Shown: positions 45,835 to 59,510 of the stretch, piece by piece
How the letters are laid out: the number at the start of each line of letters is the position of its first letter
Position numbering within the stretch: the stretch's first letter is position 1
DNA from: Malacoraja senta
Taxonomy: Eukaryota
Reading direction: 5' to 3'
DNA: 64,000 bases
Assembly (NCBI GenBank): GCA_038087875.1
Contig: CM075996.1
Coordinates: forward strand, 8,620,001 to 8,684,000
Notes under the pieces: generated by a model
Seen by the model: only the letters and a program-made list of their open reading frames with translations
Told to the model about the DNA's origin: nothing
Database searches by the model: none
Made by a program: the position numbers and the translations under genes

Positions 45835-45971
45835 CTGAAGCAGTTGCGGTGGTAAAGTTTCCCATCCACCAGGTATCTCTGCACCAAGTGAACGTGCTTG
45901 CTGCAAATTGCACATGTGCTGCTCAGGGTGTTCCTCTTGGACCTCTCCTCAGTTGCCACTGGGGACTCGCT
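45835..45971 (-). CDS. MICALL1: MICALL1 exon (~5): first LIM zinc finger
   Basis: tcccccag|[37 protein letters not shown]|gtaag; 137 nt, phase 0-2. Confidence 0.95.
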
Positions 45972-46189
45972 CTGGGGGACAATAAAAACGTAACAATTGC
46001 AGCTTAGAGAGATACAGTGTGGACACAGGCCCTTCTGCGTACCAAGAACATGCTGACCCTCGATCACCCCTTCACATTAGTTCAAAGTTATCCCACTTTT
46101 GCTCCCCTTCCTACACACGGTGGGGGGGGGGGGGGGGGGGATTTTTACTGAGGGCCAATTAACCTACATACCCGCATCTCTTGGGGATG

Positions 46190-46601
46190 TGGGAGGAAAA
46201 CAAAGCTGATTATTATCTCAATGCGGTTAGGTTAGGCAAGGGGGAGGTGCAGCGAGACCTGGGTGTCCTTGTACACCAGTCACTGAAAGTTGGTGTGCAG
46301 GTACAGCAGGCAGTGAAGAAAGCTAATGGAATGTTGGCCTTCATAACAAGAGGATTTCTTCTGCAGTTGTATAGGGCTCTGGTGAGACCACATCTGGAGT
46401 ATTGTGTACAGTTTTAGTCTCCTAATTTGAGGAAGGACATCTGATATAACTCTGGATAGAGCTCTAGGGGCTAGTGGAATCAAGGGATATGGGGAGAAGG
46501 CAGGCACGGGTTATTGATTGGGGACGATCAGCCATGATCACAATGAATGGCGGTGCTGGCTCGAAGGGCCGAATGGCCTCCTCCTGCACCTGTTTTCTAT
46601 G
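46190..46601 (+). mobile_element. Internally deleted CR1 fragment
   Basis: QRDLGVLVHQSLKVG...HLEYCVQF joined directly to the CR1 tail. Confidence 0.85.
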
Positions 46602-47456
46602 AAACCTACATGGTCACAGGAAGAACGTACTAGCCCTTCACATACAGCACCCGAGGTCAGGGTCAAACCTGGGTCTCAGGCACTGTGAGGCAGCAGCTCT
46701 ACCCGCTGCGCCACCGTGCTGCCGTTAGGAATGTCACAGCCAACACTGAACAATTCAGACAGGGCCTGCAGGAAATAAATAGTCAGCCGATCACAAGACA
46801 TGCCCACGGGACAGAAACAAACCATTTGGCTCCCATCACTCCTCTCCCAACACGAGATAGTGCTCCCATTCGTGCAGCTCCTCCTCCAGCTGCCATTGCA
46901 GAACAGAGGGAACCCATCTTGGCTGACAATAGACCGCCATGGCTCCTGCATAAAGAGGAATGCCAGTCTTGCAAATAACCATGCCACAGTATGGATTGGT
47001 ATGGTAACACTGGTGTGGTCCCAGAAGCTTCTGCAAGCACACAGATATCACACCAACTCTATAGACTACTGTCTACATCCCCCCCCCTCAGTCATGAGTG
47101 CCTCGTACACCTGGCATTAATCATTGGCAGCTTCACTTCCTTGGACCAAGCGTAATTTCCAGCATCTACAGGAGCACCCCTCAGAGATTCCTTCTCTTAA
47201 CCTCTGCCTCGTCTTCTTCCCCACCAAATCCAACCCGTTTCATGCCCACATCTCCCTTTTTGGCTGAGCCTTTTTCGTTTCTAACATTACCATCTCTTTG
47301 AAAACCCCTTAAACCAGTTTTCTATGGAAATATAAATGATTGCTGTTAATAGTTCCAACAAGATATCCGTCAGTAAATGTTTAAATGAGCAACGTCGTTT
47401 CCATGATAGTTAAGGTGACCCAAACAGCTGAAGTTTCACATGACCAACAGACGTAC

Positions 47457-47557
47457 ATGCGGTGAGAGGATTTGTTTGTTCACAGTGAGCACTTTCTTAA
47501 CTGACAGCTCTGATGGTGATAATCCAGCCGGTCTCTTCATGGAGGGGGTAACACCAG
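47457..47557 (-). CDS. MICALL1: MICALL1 exon (~4), CH-LIM linker
   Basis: tttctctctgcag|CT GGT GTT; AGVTPSMKRPAGLSPSELSVKKVLTVNKQILSPH|gtacgt; 101 nt; phase 1-0 fits both neighbours. Confidence 0.82.
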
Positions 47558-47728
47558 CTGCAGAGAGAAAGCAATGTGACAGTGAGCCTTCAACATCCCA
47601 ACAGACTAATCAACGGCCTCCCACACTGGAATCCATGGCTTGCAGCGGAACGCAGTAGATAGGACTGTTCGGTACTTTTATAACTTTGTCGGAGCCAACA
47701 CGTGCCGACACTTGAGTATTGCCCAGGT

Positions 47729-48009
47729 CAGGGGTCGGCAACCTTGTTCTGCATAGGGGCCAGGACGCGTGTCTGTTATTGGATGGCGGGCCACATCTAT
47801 CACGTGTACATATGGATCCTGCCCCGGATGGCAGGTGTCAAATCACGTGTTCACAGAAGGCGCGCGGCCATGCCGGCGGCTTTGCACAGGATGTGGTACA
47901 GCCAGACCTCGGCGCCGGACGATTACAAGGAAAAAAAATCCACCTGCGGGCCGGATGATGTCGGTTGCGGGCCGCATTCGGCCCGGGGGCCGTAGGTTAC
48001 CGACCCCTG
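47729..48009. mobile_element. hAT (Charlie-like) MITE
   Basis: TIR caggggtcggcaacct / aggttaccgacccctg; 8-bp TSD gcccaggt / gcctaggt. Confidence 0.85.
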
Positions 48010-49039
48010 GCCTAGGTTGTATGCTAAACAAAGCATTTCACTCTGCCGAGGTACCTGAGGTACATGTGACAATAAAGTTTCATTCATTCCTTCTATCCTT
48101 ACATTTGTTTGGCTAGGTTCATTGTTTCTAAATGGAAACAGTTCACCCAGCAGGGACATAAAGTGCTGGAGTAACTCAGCAGTTCAGGCAGCATCTCTGG
48201 AAGACATCGCTAGGTGACATTTCTGGTCAGAAGTTCCCGACCTGAAACGTCACCTATCCGTGTCTTCTACAAATGTTGCCTGACCCGCTGACTTACTCCA
48301 GCACTTTGAGACTTAAAAAAAAAAATCCAGCACCTGCAGTTCCTTGTGTCTACATTTCACTCACTAAAGAATGGAGATCACTAGAACAGCAAATGGTGGC
48401 AGTAATCTATAGGTCCCCAAAGATAGACACAAAAAGCTGGAGGGACAGGCAGCATCTCTGGAGAGAAGGAATGGGCGACGTTTTTGGGTCGAGACCCTTC
48501 TTCAGACTGGTTAGGGATGAACGTCTATAGGTCCCCAGGCTGTTACTACTTGATTACATTGCAATATTATTCAACCACTATACTGCCTCAGGAGCTTCAC
48601 TAACATTCTTTGGAAAAGAGATGGAAAACTATGCAGGAGGGCAGCAATAGTTCCATGAGCAATAAGGAATTCAAGTCCAGTATTTTTTACACTTGCTGCT
48701 CGGAGCGCAACAGTGAACAGTGGAAGGAGCCATTTTGCACCAGATCAAGATCTCATCTGTATTTTCAAGGCGTTGGAAAAGATTGAAGTAAAACAGGGAG
48801 CTACAGACACAGTAGCTCAGTGCAGGAAGCAGATACTCAACCAGACATTTCTGAAAAGCCACATGTCCTTTCAATTTTTTTTCTCTTACAGATATTTATC
48901 TATTTTGTTTCTAAAGGTCACAAACTAATCTATCTTTTTCTCTTGTCAGGAGTGCATCCTAAATGCCAAGTTGAGAATTAAAGAATGCTAATGACCTGAA
49001 GAATGTTGACACGCAAAAGACTAGGCGCTGCGGTCTTGA

Positions 49040-50540
49040 CGCATACCAAGGTGGATAAATCTCCAGAGTATGACCAAGTGTATCCTAGGGCATATTGCGG
49101 AAAATAAGGGAATGAACTGCATAGTCAGCATTGAAGACACTTGCATCGTCTTTAGCCACGAGTGAGTTCCCAGAAGTCTAGAGGAAGGGCTAATATTGTG
49201 CCTTTATTTGAAAAGGGTGCAACAACAAGCCCGGGAAACTACAGGCCAGTGAGCCTGACATCAGTGGTGAGAAAGTTCCTGGAGGGGATTGTGAGGGACA
49301 TGGTCTACCAGGATTTGGAAAGACAAGGACTGATTAGAGATAGTTAATGTGTCTCACAAATGTGATTTTTTTTTTTGAAGAGCTGATGAAGAGGATTGTT
49401 GAGTGGATCTTTAGCAAGGACTTCAACAAGGTCCCATATGCGGGATAGGCACAAAATGCTAGAGTAACTCAGTGGGACAGGCAACATCCCTGGATAAAAG
49501 GAATGGGTGACGTTTTGGGTCGAGACCCTTCTTCAGACCCTTGTCTGGAAGATTAGAATCCATCGGATCCAGGGTGCTCTAACCTACTGGATCCAAAATT
49601 GACAGTGGAAGGAGTCAGAGAGCAGTAGTGGAGGGTTGTTTTTCCAGATTAGAGGCCTGTGACCAGTGATATGCCACAGGGATCAATGCTGGGTCCACTA
49701 TTGTTTGTCATTTATATTAACCATTTGGATGACAATATTAACACATTAAGTTTGCAGATGACACCAAAAATCGGTGATATAGTGGACAGTGAAGATGGTT
49801 ATTTAGGATCTTGACATCTGGGAAAGTGGACTAAAGAATGTCAGATGGGATTCAACTTGTTCCAGTGTAAGGCGCTGCACTTTGCTGAGTTAAACCAGAA
49901 CAGGGACTTGCACAGTAATTGGTGGGGCCGTGGAGAGTGTTGTGGAACAGAACGACCTAGGGGTACAGGTATACCATTCCATGACAATGGTGGCACAAGT
50001 AAACAGGATGGTGAAGGCAGCATTTGGAATGCGTATGTGCATCGGTCAGGGTGATGAGTATCGGAGTTAGAATGTCATGCTACAACTGTACAAGTGAAAC
50101 CACACCGGGAGTATTGCATGCAGTTCTGACTATAGGAAGGAAGGTAGACAAAAATGCTGGAGAAACTCAGGGGGTAAGGCAGCATCTATGGAGTGAAGGA
50201 AATAGGCAACGTTTCGGGTCGAGACCAAGGATATCATTAAGCTGTAAAGGGCGCAGGGAAGATTCACTCACCAGGGCGTTAACAGGACTGGAGGGCTTGA
50301 GTTATATGGTGGGGCTGGATAGGCTGAGACATCTTTCACTGGAGCTTAGGAAACGGAGGCAGCATAAGAGGTGCAGATAGGGTGAATAATCAGAGTTTTC
50401 CTCCAGAGAAGGGGAGTCTAAAACTAAAGGGCCCAGATTGAAACCAAGAGGGGAATGATTTAAAAGGGGACCTGAAGGGTCAACACAAAGGGTACTTGAG
50501 ATATATGGAACTGCCAGAGAAAGTTGTAGAAGTAGGTACG
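49040..50540 (+). mobile_element. Highly degenerate CR1 LINE with nested pLTR fragments
   Basis: ANIVPLFEKG...GNYRPVSLTSVV; aagtttgcagatgacaccaaa (KFADDTK). Confidence 0.8.
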
Positions 50541-51129
50541 ACTATTCTACCGTACTTTGACAAAAGGAAGCAACTGACAGAAAGGAGTTTTCTTGTAAAT
50601 GAGGAAAACGTGTTTTTCTTTCAGCTCTCTGACGGAATTTCTTACTTCTCTGGTATAAATATTTTCAAATTGTACTCAGAGAAGGACTTATTTTGTTCAC
50701 CATTGTGTAGAGCATATCTCAAATACCCTAAAACAAGCAATAACTCAATTTTGACAAAATTGTCAATTGCATCCTTTTGTCAAAGTAGGGCAGTATAATG
50801 TTCAAATATATTTAGACGGGTCATGGAAAGGAAAGATTTCCAAGGAGAGTCGCTCAAATAGACCTTGCCTCAAGGGGTCGATTTTTCTGTTGTAGGACTC
50901 AAATTGCACAAAGTGTGTAAACCATTTATCAAGGAACTTAAAATAATGTTTGCAGTAAGAAACATAGAAAAACTACTACCAGCCGCAGTCTGCAAGTCTA
51001 GCCTGCAGTCTGACAACAGAAAAACAGCCCCCAGCTGACAGTAATTGGAGACAGCAGTGTGGTAGGGACACAGGGAGCAACAATCTCAACATTACAGCGG
51101 CCACAACTTCTCCTATTTCATAATCATGC

Positions 51130-51835
51130 TTTATTAGCTTAGTATGTTTTGCAACACACGAGGAATTTGATTTGCCATACAGTCATACCAATAAAAAGCA
51201 ACAAGACATACAAAACACATTTTAACATAAACATCCACCACAGTGACTCCTCCACATTCCTCACTGTGATGGAAGGCGAAAAAAAGTGCAATCTCTTCCC
51301 TTCTTTGTTCTCCCGCGGTCGGGGCACTCGAACCTTCCGTTGACGGTGCGATCTTACTCCCGTAGCCGCCGGTCGGGCCCTCTGCATTGGGGCGATCAAG
51401 CTCTTGCATCGTGGGGATGTCAGCTCCCTTGCTCCGGCAATCGGACCCCAGGTCGGGGCTAGTCGAACCTTCTGTGTCGTTGGAGCTTACCGACTTGGTC
51501 TCTACCCGAGACTGTGAGCTCCGCGATGTTGAAATCCGCAGGCTGCGGTTGGAGCGTCGATCCCAGGCAAGAGATCGGCTCCGATGGTAAGTCCACGTCC
51601 CCCACGGTGGGGCTCAAAGTCAGTCCCGAGCAAGGCCTCCAGCGCCAGGATGTTAGGCTGAAGAGCGACCGGAGATACGATCCGGAAAACAATCGCATTT
51701 CCGGCAAGGTAAGAGATTGAAAAAAAGTTTCCCCCGACCCCCTCCCCCACATAAAACAAACCAGAGAACATTAACACAAACACTAAAAATAACAAAAAAA
51801 GACGAAAAAACAGACGAATACCATCACGGCGCCTC
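51130..51835 (-). repeat. Unclassified interspersed repeat (CpG-rich body, LINE-like 3' tail)
   Basis: CpG-rich block with a sharp compositional boundary, ending in an aataaa-type tail on the minus strand. Confidence 0.4.
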
Positions 51836-52230
51836 CTGGTGATATTAGAATATTAATAACTCCTTACAGCCTACAAGCTTATTCCGTCAGTTTTGACTAA
51901 TTTCATTGCTAACTTTTAGTTCCAAAGATTTTTGATCCTTTGAATTTCAGCAGGATTGCTTCCAACTTTTGCCTTGTTATATTGCAGCATGCATTCAGCC
52001 TTCCTGAACCACATTGGCTGCTGTTGGGTGATTGAAACCCGCGATAACATGAGGTGCCTGTACAGCACCAAAACCATCTTTTTGAAGGTGTCTTGACTAT
52101 ATAACTTTGGGCTGAACTGCTTCGTTTGATAAAACTGCTCACTACATGTACAACCTTTCAGGCTATTTAACGGAAACTATTAAAAATAGAATCGCTATTG
52201 CAAAGCGGCCGGGGTGGGCTGGCTCCGTAC

Positions 52231-52372
52231 CGTGGGTCTGGTTGGTGAAGTGGTTGTAGAGCTGAGATACATAGGTCAGGATGCTGAGCCGATCTGGAAC
52301 GCGCATCGCCACCATATCCTCTGCGTCCAAAAGCGCGGGAATTCCCAGCTCCTGCTCTGCCACTTCAAACGC
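52231..52372 (-). CDS. MICALL1: MICALL1 exon (~3): C-terminal part of the calponin-homology domain
   Basis: tctccatag|[51 protein letters not shown]...G|gtacgg; 142 nt, phase 0-1. Confidence 0.95.
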
Positions 52373-53401
52373 CTATGGAGACACAAAGACACGTCATCAA
52401 GATGTAGGAAGGAAATACAGACGCTGGCTTACACCAAAGATAGACACAAATTGCTGGAGTCACTCAGCGGGTCAGGCAGCTTCCCTGGAGAGACGGAATG
52501 GGCGACGTTTCGGGTCGAGACCCTTCTTCAGACGAAAGTCAGCGGAAGACTTGCCCCTTGGATTTGGTGAAATTGTTAAACTGGGTAATTAATGCAAACT
52601 TTCTCTGTTTACAGGTGTCTGGCACAAATGTCATGGTAACCGTTGCCAAATCATTTGAGGCACCAATTAAACGTAAGTACCACAGTTGCTTATCCTTAAT
52701 GATGGAGATGACAATAATGCATACAATGGCCAATTACGATACCAGGTTAAAACTCTTAAATCTGATGTAAGCATTTGCCAAGATGTGTGACAAAACAAAT
52801 TTAAACTCTGCTTAGTTTAACTAGCGGATTATAAATAACGCCTATGGAGACACAAAGTCACTACATCAAGATGTGGGAAGGAACTGCAGATGCTGGTTTA
52901 CACCGAAGATAGACACAAATTGCTGGAGTCACTCAGCAGTTCATGCAGCATCTCTGGAGATAAGGTGTAGGTGATGTTTCTGTGATGGAACCTTTCTTCA
53001 GATTGAATGTAGAGGTGGGAGGAAATAAATTGCAGGCGAGGATAGGCCAAAACAAATCAGAGCCGGCAAAAGTTGACCTCAGGAAGGGTGGAGCCAACAA
53101 TGGGTCATTGTTGGCTGGGGAAGAGGTGATAACAAGAGAGATAAAAGGATGCAACCAGTGGAACAGAAAGGATGACTATGGTAGGGGAGAAGGGATGGAG
53201 GGAGGGAGGGGATACAGGAGTTACTTGAAATTAGAGAAATCAACGCTCACACCTGGGTAGTAAGCTACCCAATTGAAATATGAGGTGCTGTTTCCCCAAT
53301 TTGCGTTAGGCCTCACTCTGACAGTAGAGGCCCAGGACAGAAAGGTAAGTATGGGAATGGGAAGAGGAGTTAAAATGTTCATAAAGGTGCTGAGTGATTA
53401 A

Positions 53402-54100
53402 AGCCCCTGTCCCACTGACGTGTCCTTGGCACGCTAATTACGCGACCTCGTGGTCGGGTTGAGGCGCGACGGTCCCGCGCAGGTCACGCACAACTTCACG
53501 CGTCCGCACAGCCGTCTGGAGCGCGTGACGTCATTTGAAGATGGACACAAAATGCAGGAGTAACTCAGCGGGACCGGCAGCACCTCTGGAGAGAAGCAAT
53601 GGGTGGGTGATGTTTCGGGTTGAGGCCCTTCTTCAGTCTGAAAGAAGGGTCTTGACCCGAAACGTCATCCATTCCCTCTCTCCAGAGATGCTGCCGGTCC
53701 CGCTGAGTTACTCCAGCATTTTGTGTCCATCTTCAATCGTCTTGGCCCCGCTCTGGGAGTAGGTGTGGGGGCGGATCCGGACCGCAACGGCCGTGAGCCC
53801 CAGGCTGAGTTCGACGATCGTTTGCCTGCTTCTGCTACAGTTGGAGGTGAGACGTTGTGTCGTGCCAGGGTCTTGGGCCTGTCCAACTTTGGCTGTCAGT
53901 TACGCGACAGGCCAGTGGCGCGCGAAGATTTCGTTCTCTACAAAATTTCGGAGCGCCGCGCGATACCACGCACAACTCCATACCCCTCCGCGCTTCTCAG
54001 TGGGACCGGCCCCGCGCTGCCACACGATGCCCGTGCGCCTCAACGCGACGACGAGGTCGCGTGATTTGCGTGCCAAGGACACGTAAGTGGGACAGGGCCT
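53402..54100. mobile_element. PIF/Harbinger-like MITE with a nested pLTR palindrome (~53535-53735)
   Basis: TIR ag.ccctgtcccact; TSD TAA; long sub-terminal inverted repeats. Confidence 0.78.
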
Positions 54101-55350
54101 TAAGGAACAGCATGGATTGCACCCTCCGAGTACATCACCTCTATGCATGTTCTCTAGGCATACTGCCAGACCTGTCCAAGGACCCTTCTTCAGAACATGG
54201 ACAGGTGACATTTTCGGTCACGATCCTTCTTCAGAAGATGGGTCTCGACCTGAAACATCACCGATCCACGTCCTCCAGATATGCTGCATGACCCACTGAG
54301 TTACTCCAGCACTTTGTGTCTTTTTTCTTATGAACTGGTGTTCAGTTTCAACCTTTCAAAATGAGGTTTACTCTTTCATTTACATGGTGCCCGTCACATC
54401 CTCAATATGGCCCTATTCCCAGCCAACAAAGTACCTTTGCAGCACAAAACTGCAGCAACTCAGTGGGTCAAGCAGCATCTCGGGAGAACATGGGTAGATG
54501 ACGTTTCGGTTCGGGACCCTTCTTCCCTGCCCTGCGTTCTACGTTGGCTGTCATGGGCCGGCACCAGCAGTCCCTCGCTCTGTCTCACCCGCAGCTCTTC
54601 AGGCGCCGTGCGGCGGTAGAAGGCTCCTGTGATGCGCCATAGAGCCGAGCGACCAATGGATGTGGAGGGGGGGGGGGCAGTCAAGGGCAACCCGGCAGGG
54701 CACCCCCGAGAATGAAGTTTTTGGAGGGATATGGGCATTATCTTGCTTCTATTCAAATTTGCCAGTAGTCTTTCACAGTATTTATACTCTGTTTTGTGTA
54801 ACTGATGAAACAAATCCTTCTACTTCCAAGGTCAGAACGAAAAGTCAAAATCAGAACACTGGCCCTTCCGCCTAAATCACTCACGCCACCCCATCTAAGC
54901 TAGTCCCATTTGTTCATGTTTGGCCCATATATATCTCTCTAAACCTTTCCTATCTATGCACCTGCCTTTTAAATGTTACTAGACCAAGTGGGACCCGTCC
55001 CCCAACGCGAGGGCGTGTGCGGAGTCGCCGTTCACCCCGTGGGGGTGGGGGGAGGGGGCGGGGTGCAGGGTGCAGGCAGCTCGTTCCATACACCCACCAC
55101 ACTGTATGGAGAAAGGTGCTCCTCGGGTTCCCCTCTCACCTTAAACCTACGCACTCTAGTTCTTAATTCCCCTACTCTGGGACTAAGATTCTGGATTCAC
55201 CCTATCTATTCCCCTCACAATTTTTCACACCTCTATATTACCACCGCTCAGCCTTCTGCGTGCCTCGCCTGCCTATCCTCTACCTACACTTTAGGCCCTT
55301 GAGTCCTGACAACATCCTCGTAAATCTTCTCTGCACATTTTTCAGCGTAA

Positions 55351-55853
55351 AGGGGCTGTCCCACTGCGGCGACCTAATCCGCGAGTTCTGGCGAGTTTGC
55401 CCTCGACTCATACTCGCAGCATGGTCGACACAAGGTCGTAGGAGGTCTTCGTAACTCTCCTTCATGCTCAAGAGTAGTCTCCGCGTACACGAGGCCTCAG
55501 CTAGGTCGCGATGTATTTTTCAACATGTCGAAAAATGCCCACGGGTAAAAAAAAGGTCGCCATGGAAAAACATCGATATTTTTTTTACTCGTAGGTTTAG
55601 TCGAAGTAGGTCGTAGTAGGTCGGCATGTTAGTCGTAGGTAGTCGAGGGTAGTCGAAGGTAGTCTTCATCATAGTCGAAGGGAGGTCGAAGGAGGTCGTC
55701 TTCACTCTCCACTATTCGGTGTCCAATTTTCTCGAAGCTAGTCTTCAACATAGTCCAAGGAGGTCGAAGGAGGTCTTCAACATGACATTTTTTTCAAACT
55801 CTCCTAAACTCCTCTAAACTCGCCAATTAGGTCGCCCAAGTGGGACAGCCCCT
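55351..55853. mobile_element. PIF/Harbinger-like MITE inserted in a CR1 fragment
   Basis: TIR aggggctgtcccact; TSD TAA; the CR1 flanks rejoin when it is removed. Confidence 0.82.
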
Positions 55854-57377
55854 TAATGGTACTTTTCCGACAGTGGGGTGACCAAAATTGAACACAATAA
55901 ACTCTATGAGAGACATAAAAAGCTAGAGTAACTGAGCGTTTAAGAATGAACTGCAGATGCTGGAAAATCGAAGGTAGACAAAAATGCTGGAGAAACTCAG
56001 TGGGTGAGGCAGCATCTATGGAGCAACTGAGCGAGTCAGGCAGCATCTCGGGAGAACAGGAATAGGCAGCATGTAGTCACTGGTCCCAAAGTGCTCGTCC
56101 ACTGACACTTCTGTCACTTGGCCGCCCCAATACCTGAAGAGCAGGTCAGGCTTTGCCCGATCCCTTGCAAACACCTCACTACACATTGCCTGAGGAAAAT
56201 GTCCTGAACATTATTGACAAATCCCATCCCATCTAAACCCTGAACACTTTGCAGTCAAAGTCTATTTTCGGAAGGTTAAAATCCTCAACTATGAAAATCC
56301 AATTAGTCTTGCAGCTGTCTGCAACCTCCAGGCATATTTGTTCCTCTAATTCCTGTCTGACCACTTGTGAAGCTACAGTACAATCCCAACAACGTGATCA
56401 CAAAGATATTAAGCACCCTGAAAGCCCCAAAATTCACCAATAAATTATGCACTCTATCAGATCCAAGAAAACAATGGCAGAACTTGAATTGCCGTTGTTA
56501 TGTATGCTTGTTTGTATGACAAAGGCTGGAGTCATCAGCAAGGTGACAAGGTCACCCTCGTGCATTGAGATCAACATTGCACACAATTCACTGGAGGGAG
56601 AGACCAAAGTCTGTTGGGACTTTGGCACGGTTTCCGACATCCTGATCAGCTGGTAAATGGCAGATCCGAAGATAGACACGAAATGCTGGAGCAACTCAGC
56701 GGGACAGGCAGCATCTGTGGAGAGAAGGAATGAGTGACGTTTTGGATCGAGACCCTTCTTCAGACCCGAAACGTCACCCATTCCTTCTCTCCAGAGATGC
56801 TGCTTGTTCCGCTGAGTTACTCCAGCATTTTATGTCTATCTTCGGTTTAAACCAGCATCTGCAGTTCCGTCCTACACAGGTTGGGTGATGCACGGAGTTC
56901 TATTTTAGACGATGACTAATTCTCAGTTACAACTTTGCTAAATTCATCCTTATTTGTTTTTAATCTTGGCCTGTTACCATCCTCTTTTACATTCCAGTTT
57001 CATCCCCCCTTTCATCCAATTTCTGGTCTACCACCCTACTAAAAACTTCCTTTTATCCTTTACTAAATTAATCCAAAACCTTGCACGTGCATCCTTAAAA
57101 CTTAGTTCAATGTCTGATCAAAGACCATTGTCCTGAAATATTAACTGTTTCGTTCTTCAGCGTTTTCTCTTTTGATTACAGTCTTGATACCATGTACAAT
57201 CCAAGCTTTCATTTTCCTATAACAATCTTTGCAGCTAATCATTCACCAACACGCTACAGCTCTTAAAACCCTGTTGCTAAAAGTCAGTTTCAGTATGATA
57301 ATGGCACCAGCAGACTGTTCAAAATTGGTCCACTAACATCCTTCAGTCCACACTGTCTGTGCCGGACATGATTGCAA

Positions 57378-57666
57378 GTTTAGTTTAGTTTAGAGATACA
57401 GCACGGAAACAGGCCCTTCGGCCCACCGGGTCCGTGCCGACCAGCCATCCCTGCACATTAACACTATCCTACACCCACTAGGGACAATTTTTACATTTAC
57501 CAGTGTGGGAGTGTGGGAGGAAACTGAAGATCACGGAGAAAACCCATGCAGGTCACAGGGAGAGCGTACAAACTCCGTACAGGCAGCACCCATAGTCGGA
57601 ATCGATCCGGGGTCTCCGGCGCTGCATTCGCTGTAAGGCAGCAACTCTACCGCTGCCCCACCGTGA
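57378..57666 (-). mobile_element. V-domain tRNA SINE
   Basis: Reverse-complement copy with (ctaaa)n tail. Confidence 0.82.
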
Positions 57667-58525
57667 CAGTAAATTAATCTCCTTTGCCTGGAAGAGATCC
57701 ATATCCCTCTCTTCCCTGCATATCCATGTGCCAATTTAAAAGCCTCTCCCCATTGTATCTGCTTCCAACACTAGTGGTTTCCCAGGCACATAACACCCTC
57801 TGTGTAAAATACTTGTCACACACATCTCCTTTAAACTTTCTCTCTCCGATCATAAAGCTATGCCCTCTAGTCCTTTGACATTTCCACCCTGGGAAAATGT
57901 TCTGACTGTCTATGCTCTCTATGCCGCTTATAATTTTATATACTTCTATCAGGTCTCATCTCAACATTTGACGCTCCAGGGAAAACAATCCAAGTTTGTG
58001 CAACCTCTCCTTATAGCTAATACCCTTGAATCCAGGCAGCATTCTGGTAGACCTCCTCTGCATCTTCTCCACATCCTTCTTGTACTGTGGACGAGCAGAT
58101 GTCTGTTATCCTTATGTGGTCTGCTCTACTTTGACTCTGCTCTGTGGAAGTTAATTATAACCTCATTCTGTTGTGTGCTTCCATGAATGTGTTAACATCG
58201 ACTTGACCTTAGCATCTGAATGTGGACAGGCAAGAATCCTCCGATTCTTGCAGCTGACAGCATTCCATCGGCAGACTCTAGCAACCAGTCCCTTGTGTCT
58301 CTATGATCTTTTACTGGCTTGTGGGTTAAGACTGGAGCACTCAGACTAAAGTGGGAAGTGCACCCTGTCAGGTAGTTAGCAATGGTTTCAATTTAAATAC
58401 TACCTCTTATAGATTAACACTGACCAGTTCCTTCCTGTGTCCAAATAAATAGGTTGGACTAACCCATAATAATAAATAATATTTACACTTTAAAACCAGA
58501 TTCAAAATACACTGCTGTTACTGTG

Positions 58526-59510
58526 TAAGAAGGAACTGCAGATGCTGGTTTAAACTGAACATAAAAAGCTGGGAGGTAGACAAAAATGCTGGAGAAACTG
58601 AGCAGGTGAGGCAGCATCTATGGAGCGAAGGAAATAGGCAACGTTTTAGGCCGAAACCCTTCTTCAGACTGATTTGAGGGTGGAGGGGGGGGGGGGGGGC
58701 GGGAAGAAGAAAGGAAGAGGAGGAGCCAGTGGGCTGAGGGAGAGCTGAGTGGGGAGTAGAAAGTAAGGACTACCTGAAATTAGAGAAGTCAATGTTCATG
58801 TCTGAAGAAGGGTTTCGGCCCGAAACGTTACCTATTTCCTTCGCTCCATAGATGCTGCTGCACCCGCTGAGTTTCTCCAGCATTTTTGTGTACCTTCAAT
58901 GTTCATACCGCTGGGGTGTAAACTGCCCAAGCAAAATATGAGGTGCTGCTCCTCACTCTGGCCATGGAGGAGGCTGAGGACAGAACGGTCGGATTCGGAA
59001 TGGGAGGGGGAGTTGAAGTGCTGAGCCACCGGGAGATCAGGTTGGTTATTGCGGACCGAGCGGAGGTGTTCGGCGAAGCGATCGCCAAGCCTACGCTTGG
59101 TCTCACCGATGTATAGCAGCTGACATCTAAAGCAGCGGATGCAATAGATGAGGTTGGAGGAGGTGCAGGTGAACCTCTGCAGCACCTGGAAAGACTGCTT
59201 GGGTCCTTGGATGGAGTCAAGGGGGGAGGTAAAGCGACAAGTGTAGCATTTCTTGCGGTTGCAAGGGAAAGTGCCCGGAGAGGGGGTGATTCGGGTGGGA
59301 AGGGACGAATTAACCAGGGACAAAAGCTGGATATTGATTTCTCTAATTTCAAATAACCCTTGCATTCCCTCTCTGAATGCAAGGTCTGAAGAAGGGTCTC
59401 GACCTGAAACATCACCCATTCTTTCTATCCAGAGATGCTGCCTGTCCCTGAGTTACTCCAGCATTTTGTCTCTCTCTTCGGTGTAAACCAGCATCTGCAG
59501 TTCCTTCCAA
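58526..59510 (-). mobile_element. Rearranged Penelope element: GIY-YIG endonuclease fragment (~58895-59317) plus pLTRs
   Basis: PCNRKKCYTC...NLIYCIRCFRCQLLYIGETKRRLGDRFAEH...VAQHFN. Confidence 0.9.
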
